Positions 58,577 to 64,000 of a stretch of DNA of 64,000 nt are shown here, in pieces. The stretch covers positions 2,356,001-2,420,000 of the forward strand of contig JAMWBK010000004.1 of the NCBI GenBank assembly GCA_029953675.1. Reading direction: 5' to 3'. Each line of letters starts with the position of its first letter. The stretch's first letter is position 1. The notes below the pieces were generated by a model. It was given only the letters and a program-made list of their open reading frames with translations, ran no database searches and had not been told where the DNA came from. This DNA comes from Rhodosorus marinus CCMP1338 (taxonomy: Eukaryota > Plantae > Rhodophyta). The position numbers and the translations under genes were made by a program.

Positions 58577-60100
58577 ACCTCCAGGGGGCGGCGGAATTTT
58601 GATATCGCAAGGGACGACGGTGTAGCCAGCTGCCTTCAGCGCCGGCTCAACTTTTGATTGGTTTGCGACGATGAGGTAAATGAGGTCATCCTCGCGAATT
58701 CTGTAACTGCTAGCCTGCAACACGGCCTGGGAACTGACACCCCGGATTCCAGATAGATACTTCTCAGCGAAATCTGGCGGGTAGCCGTAGAACTCATACT
58801 TGATGATTCTTCCCAGAACCTCTTCTGGACTTGTAAAGTTGAAAACGAAAGAATTCAGCGTACTGTCCTTTGCGTACTTGAGGTCATCATCGCTGATCTC
58901 AGTTTCGTCCAGGCCTTTCATAGTATCGACCAGCTTTGAGAGAAAGTCAACGAGCTGTTTCCCGTCAGCAGAGCTAGTTTCCCCACCAGCAAGAAACACC
59001 CCAGGGTGGTCATATGCAGGATACCACTGCCCGAAAACCGAGTAGGCAAGGCCCTCCTTGGAGCGCACTTCATTGAACAAGCGTCCACCGAGGCCGTTGA
59101 GGAGTTGGTTGATGACCTCCAACGCAAAATAGTCGGGGTCATCCAAACGTCCGCCGAGGGTTGCCGCTCGAACATAGGACTGAGAAAGTTCCTTTTTGTC
59201 AGCTATGTAGACGGTACCACGCAGGCTCTCCAATCTCTCCTTGTCAACAGCGGGTACTTCAAATTTGGGCTTTTCTTCGGTCGGCGCCCAGTCCTCGCCA
59301 AAGTAGTTTTCCACCTGCTTCATCATGTCATCAGATTTGAAATTGCCTACAATAGCAATAGTCGCATTGTTTGGAACAGCTCGCTTCAGGTAAAATCCTT
59401 GTAGATCGCTCCGCTCTATAGACGATATGGTCGAGTACTCCATGCTTCTCCCGTACTTAGAGTTCGGACCGTAGACGAGCTTGACAATCTCACGGCGTGC
59501 GATTTCGTTGGGGTCATCATTCCTCCGTGCAATGCCGCCGAACGCTTGGCTTTTTGCCAGAGCTAATTTCTCATCCGGAAAAAGAGGAGTTCTGATCAAG
59601 CGTTGATAAGTTGGCAGAACCGATTCCAGATCTTCAGATAGACAGGAAAATGCCACGCTGAAAGAGGACGGGTCGGCACTTGCTCCCACGAATGCGGCTC
59701 TCTCTGCTAGAAAATCGTCAAGTTGGTATCCAGGGAGTTCCTCCGTACCACCAGATCGAAGAACAGACGCCGTGACAGCCGCCAGTCCGGTTTTGCCCTC
59801 AGGTTCACTCCTAGATCCCCCCCGAAAAGTGATCGTACCACCGACAAGCGGCACTTCATGATCTTCCATCAGGTATACAACCAGCCCGTTGTTGAGCTTG
59901 TGCTTTGTATAGCTCGGATAAGTCACGTTCTTAACCGGAGGAAATTCCAGCTTGTCAAGGGCCAATGCAAGTCCAGTCGGCTCAAAAAGAGCCCATACCG
60001 CAGCAGTAGCCAGTGAAATGGCCACTTTCGGGACACACGCAAAACACAGATCGCTGCGCTCTCTGCTCTCGATACATACTCGCCTGGATCCCAACCCCAT
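58559..60100 (-). CDS. M16 (insulinase/pitrilysin) family protein lacking HxxEH, cyanobacterial type, intronless
   Basis: LNNGLVVYLMEDHEVPLV, GGSRSEP, INQLLNGLGGRLFNEVRSKEGLAYSV. The HxxEH position reads AAVTASV. Confidence 0.88.
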   Translation of the reverse strand: MGLGSRRVCIESRERSDLCFACVPKVAISLATAAVWALFEPTGLALALDKLEFPPVKNVTYPSYTKHKLNNGLVVYLMEDHEVPLVGGTITFRGGSRSEPEGKTGLAAVTASVLRSGGTEELPGYQLDDFLAERAAFVGASADPSSFSVAFSCLSEDLESVLPTYQRLIRTPLFPDEKLALAKSQAFGGIARRNDDPNEIARREIVKLVYGPNSKYGRSMEYSTISSIERSDLQGFYLKRAVPNNATIAIVGNFKSDDMMKQVENYFGEDWAPTEEKPKFEVPAVDKERLESLRGTVYIADKKELSQSYVRAATLGGRLDDPDYFALEVINQLLNGLGGRLFNEVRSKEGLAYSVFGQWYPAYDHPGVFLAGGETSSADGKQLVDFLSKLVDTMKGLDETEISDDDLKYAKDSTLNSFVFNFTSPEEVLGRIIKYEFYGYPPDFAEKYLSGIRGVSSQAVLQASSYRIREDDLIYLIVANQSKVEPALKAAGYTVVPCDIKIPPPPGGLATSS

Positions 60101-61381
60101 TGTTCGATACACGAAACCACAGCAGCAATCCGGGAAAACAAAACAGAACACCTTTCCAAAAACAGAAACCTCTCAAAGCTACCTCCCTAAATCCCAAAAA
60201 CTCTTCGTCCAGTCCATACACGATCGCCAAAACTAGATCGCTACCAAAAATTCAGACCCAATTCATCCTTTTCCAAAAAAGCCAGACGGAACCCCCCACC
60301 AAACGCTCCGGTGAACCCTCTTCAACACCTTTTCGATGATTAGATCCATTTATCACCATGGCCAAGAGATTTATTCATTTTACAAATAAAAAAGGATAAA
60401 ATCTAAAAATGATTGAATCACTTCCGTTTATACCTTTTCGGCTAAAAGCGAATGGGACAAAATGTCCCATACGGAATGGGACACCTGGGACGGCGACCTT
60501 CTAAGGTGAAATCCGTGAAAAAAAGAAATTGGTGCTTTTTTTATGGCGAAGATGGTTTGCGGATTTTTGGACAGTTTGGACGGGTTTTGAGAATGAGGGC
60601 CTTTTTAGAGTCGGAGTTTTTCTGGGTGAGGGCGGGGAAGAGAGAGAGGTTCTGTGGATGTGGAAGCTGGTAGACGACTGTGGACTTTTTTGCTTTTGGT
60701 GGTTAGAGTGTTATTGAATAAAGTACTGTTAGAGTAGTGGGTGCTGTTGTTAGGAGCTTTTTTTTGCCTCTTCCTTGTGGTGTTTGTCTTTGGGCTCAGA
60801 TAGATAAGGAGCTGGGACGATTGAGGTATTGTTTACGCGGTATCATCCCTATTTCGGATCAGAGAAAACCTTTGGCACTGACAAAGTGGCTTTATTCCAC
60901 AACCCCAGACTAGGAGTGGTTTCGTCGTATGCGAGGTCGCTCGTTTGAGGGCGCTGACCGGTGCTTAACACAGGTATACAGTTGCGCTGGAGAAGGTCAG
61001 GCTTGAGTGAGCAGTACTTGGAAGCAGAAGATGGCTATTGAATTGGCTGAAAGGGGGAGAAGAGAAAATTGAATTTTGAGTTTGAAAGTCATAGTGGTAT
61101 AGCTTGAGAGTGTCATTGGTCTTCAGACTTGAACAAAGTTTAGCTTTCGATCTGCGCTTGGCTTCTCAGAGGATTTGGTGTTGTTCAGAGGATGTTTGCA
61201 GAGCCGGAAAGATGATGCGGGTACTATCTCCGGTGTGAGGGAAGAGATATGGTGGAGGATGGTAGTAGTTCGGATGAACTGAAAATGTAGTTCAGAAGTG
61301 TGTTTTGTGGCTGGTAGTTATAGGTTGTGGGGAGGTTTCACTTGCTGGGAGACCGTTCGTTTGGGGTAGAAGGAGTGTACA

Positions 61382-63188
61382 ATGTCACGGAGGCAGCTTG
61401 ATATAGACAAGGACGATGAGTTCACACGAGAAGAGCAGGAGGCGAAGAAGAAAAAGGGATATGCATGGGAATCTCAGGATCGGTCGTGGGAGAGGATTCA
61501 GGAAGATGAGAGTGGGAGGTATCATCGAGGGAACGTTACTCGACCTCCTGAGTGAATGGTACCATCTTTTATTCCTAACGTATTTGGGCACGTCTGTTTT
61601 TTGTTTATGGCAGAATCCGGGCGGTTGGCGCCGTTGACCCTGCGACGAGGAGGCAACGCCGACAAGCGTTAATACCGGGAATCAAGCGGGGCATTGTGAG
61701 ATACGCAGTTCTCGCAATCGACGCCTCGGAAAGCATGAACGACTCTGATATGAAACCGTCTAGAGGGATTGCTGTGCTTACGATCTGCGAGCAGTTCGTC
61801 CAGGAGTTTTTTGAGCAGAATCCAATTGCACATTTGGCGATTGTCGCCACATTTCGAGGTTCCGCCACACAGGTAGCGGCCATTGGGTCAAGTCCGCAAG
61901 CGCTTTGTTCGGAATTGTCAAGTGAGTTGTCTACCTTAGCCATTCCCCTCTCGACCACCTTAATGCTCAGAAGCTAGCACTTTTTTTTCTTTAGCAATGG
62001 CCGAGAAGGCTTCCTTCAGAGGAGAAGCGTCCTTGCAGAACTTACTTGAATTATCGAAGGCCATTTTGGATCCTGTTCCACCCTACGGTAGCAAGGAGGT
62101 GATAATAGTTTTCAGCTCGCTGTCGACTACAGATCCTGGCGATATAAAGGCTACAACCAACAGCCTCAAAGAAAACGGAATTCGGTGCTCGATTGTCGGC
62201 CTCGCAGCTGAAGTTTACATTTTGCGACAAGTCTGTAAGAAGACGGGAGTATGTCGTCTTCACCCTGTTCGTGTAGTTCATAACAGAGTGATTGCTTGAA
62301 GCTAACTGTTTATCCCGTTCACGCGTGTTCGCAAACAGGGAGAGTATCATGTAGCTACCAACGAAGAGCATTTCCACGAGCTTGTGAATGCACACGTTCC
62401 TCCTCCGCCACTTGCTTCTGACACTCTGAAAGCCTCTCTCGTGGAAATGGGTTTCCCCAAGCTCAAAGTAGGATCCCGCGGACATGTGAGTGCGAGAGTA
62501 GTGTTGGGTCCTATCGAACGTGTCTCATCCGAAATTTCATCGCACAGGTCCTGAAATCACCGAGACAGTACTTTGACGTGAACGTTAATCTCAAGGGGGG
62601 ACGAACCTCTGGAAAAATTGGTTATGAATGCCCGAGATGCGGTGTAAGTTGTGAAGACCGAACTGTAGTGGCGAGGAGGGGCATACCTTAGATGCACTGG
62701 ACTTGTGATCGCGAGCGTTTGTTTCTTGTACATGGCCTGCCTGCTTCAGGCATCGGTTTCGGTAGAAACACAATTTTGCACTGACACTGTGTGCTGACTT
62801 CACATGCGTTTTCTCGTAGTCGTGGCTGAACGATGTTCCAGTCGAATGTGTTCTTTGCGGGCTGACACTGATCACAAGCCCTCACCTGGCTCGATCGTAC
62901 CATCACCTGTTCCCAATTCCGGCCTTCAAAGATGTTACTCCGACTGATACCAGGTGAGAACTCTTCACGCTTGTCAAAAGCTCAAGGTCAAGACGTTAAC
63001 CCAACCCCTGTGCATCTCCATTGGACAGCGGAGCAACCCGATGTAAAGGCTGTTGCAAACGATTTTTAAGCGGCGATTCAAAAGCCCAATGTACATCCTG
63101 CAAGAACGTGTTCTGCGAAGAGTGTGATGTTTTCATTCACGATTCTCTTCACAATTGCCCAGGTTGCAACTCCATTGATCCAACTTGA
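61382..63188 (+). CDS. GTF2H2: TFIIH subunit p44/Ssl1, multi-exon
   Basis: [64 protein letters not shown], and C-terminal [18 protein letters not shown]. Confidence 0.95.
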
Positions 63189-63824
63189 GGAACCAACCCT
63201 CAACCCAACCCCGATTGAATATCTTTAATTGGAAATGTTTAAATGATATATATAATAGAATTCCTCGCGAAGAACACGGATTCGGCTGCAGCCCCGTAAT
63301 TTACAGGAATATATTCTCTATCCACCAACCATGCTAAGTACCGGTAAGGATATCAGTCAATTGTTTTCGTGCTACCAATGAAGTTCGATCAAGGGTGAAC
63401 TACGCAATGAATCTTCCAATAATTCAGTAGATATTGGTCCGGACAGTCAATATTAGACTCTGAATAATGGTTTAAATTGATCTCTCCCAACGCTCGGGAA
63501 AAAAGGTTACCAATAGATTTTGCAAGAAGAATGCCAAGGGGTATATGGAAATTCCTGATTCCACAAATGAATTCAATTATGAAAATAAGTTTTAACTTAA
63601 ATTATGGAAAGAGGATATATTCACAGGGGTCTGTCCGTTGGTTGTTTCATGAGGTTGCTGGACTGGGATTGCTGAGATCGGGAAAGCAGAGTCTGGCCGG
63701 TGTTCGAGCGGTGTGGGTCTGTTGAAAGTGGTTTGCTAACAAGCTTGGGAGCGGTCGAGCTGGGGGGTGAAAAAAAGGCAGCCTAGTAGGTTTTGATCTC
63801 TGAAATTTCTTTTGTTTAGCATCG

Positions 63825-64000
63825 ATGGCTTTCGTTTCTGGAGTAAGTGTAAACTGCACGCGGACAAATGGACGGTCCATCTGTTCGTCAAGGACTATGT
63901 TCCTGGGGAGTGGCCTACCGCGGGTGAGGGTGCAAACAGCTAGAAAATCAGCTGGCCAGACCACGATGCAGATGGAGAGGACGTTTATTGCGATTAAGCC
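63825..64000 (+). CDS. ndk: Plastid nucleoside diphosphate kinase, 5' part only (runs off the window)
   Basis: MAFVSG transit peptide followed in frame by MERTFIAIKP. It has no stop codon inside the window, so it is absent from the ORF track. Confidence 0.85.
   Translation, partial: MAFVSGVSVNCTRTNGRSICSSRTMFLGSGLPRVRVQTARKSAGQTTMQMERTFIAIK

Overview
Gene-dense eukaryotic nuclear DNA, most likely from a phycoerythrin-containing red alga (Rhodophyta). The evidence is a nuclear phycoerythrin gamma-type linker, plastid transit peptides starting MAF/MGF, and cyanobacterial-type genes. Genes are compact, with short GT-AG introns (mostly 65-130 nt), so many ORF-track entries are single exons that I joined by hand. 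I identify about 26 protein genes: JmjC, Mo25, PTC7-like PP2C, GINS Psf3, 2OG-Fe(II) oxygenase, PH protein, Rieske ISP, F-box/LysM, bacterial-type ceramidase-like hydrolase, thioesterase, Era, EDC4/VCS, AOX, CBM48, DapL, PE gamma linker, vWA protein, an SPxRR-repeat protein, SOUL, alpha/beta hydrolase, M16 peptidase, TFIIH p44, NDK and several orphans. There are also two tRNA genes and several local repeats. I saw no rRNA, CRISPR array or intact transposase/RT, and no clearly multi-gene novel system. The most unusual items are a tRNA-Gly with A1:U72, two cyanobacterial-type apparent pseudo-enzymes whose coding ends overlap, an 11x10-aa SPxRR array, a probable 14-17 nt microexon, a prokaryote-type ceramidase-like gene, a CCAAT cluster upstream of AOX, and several unexplained duplications. 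All family assignments come from motif recognition by eye, without database searches.
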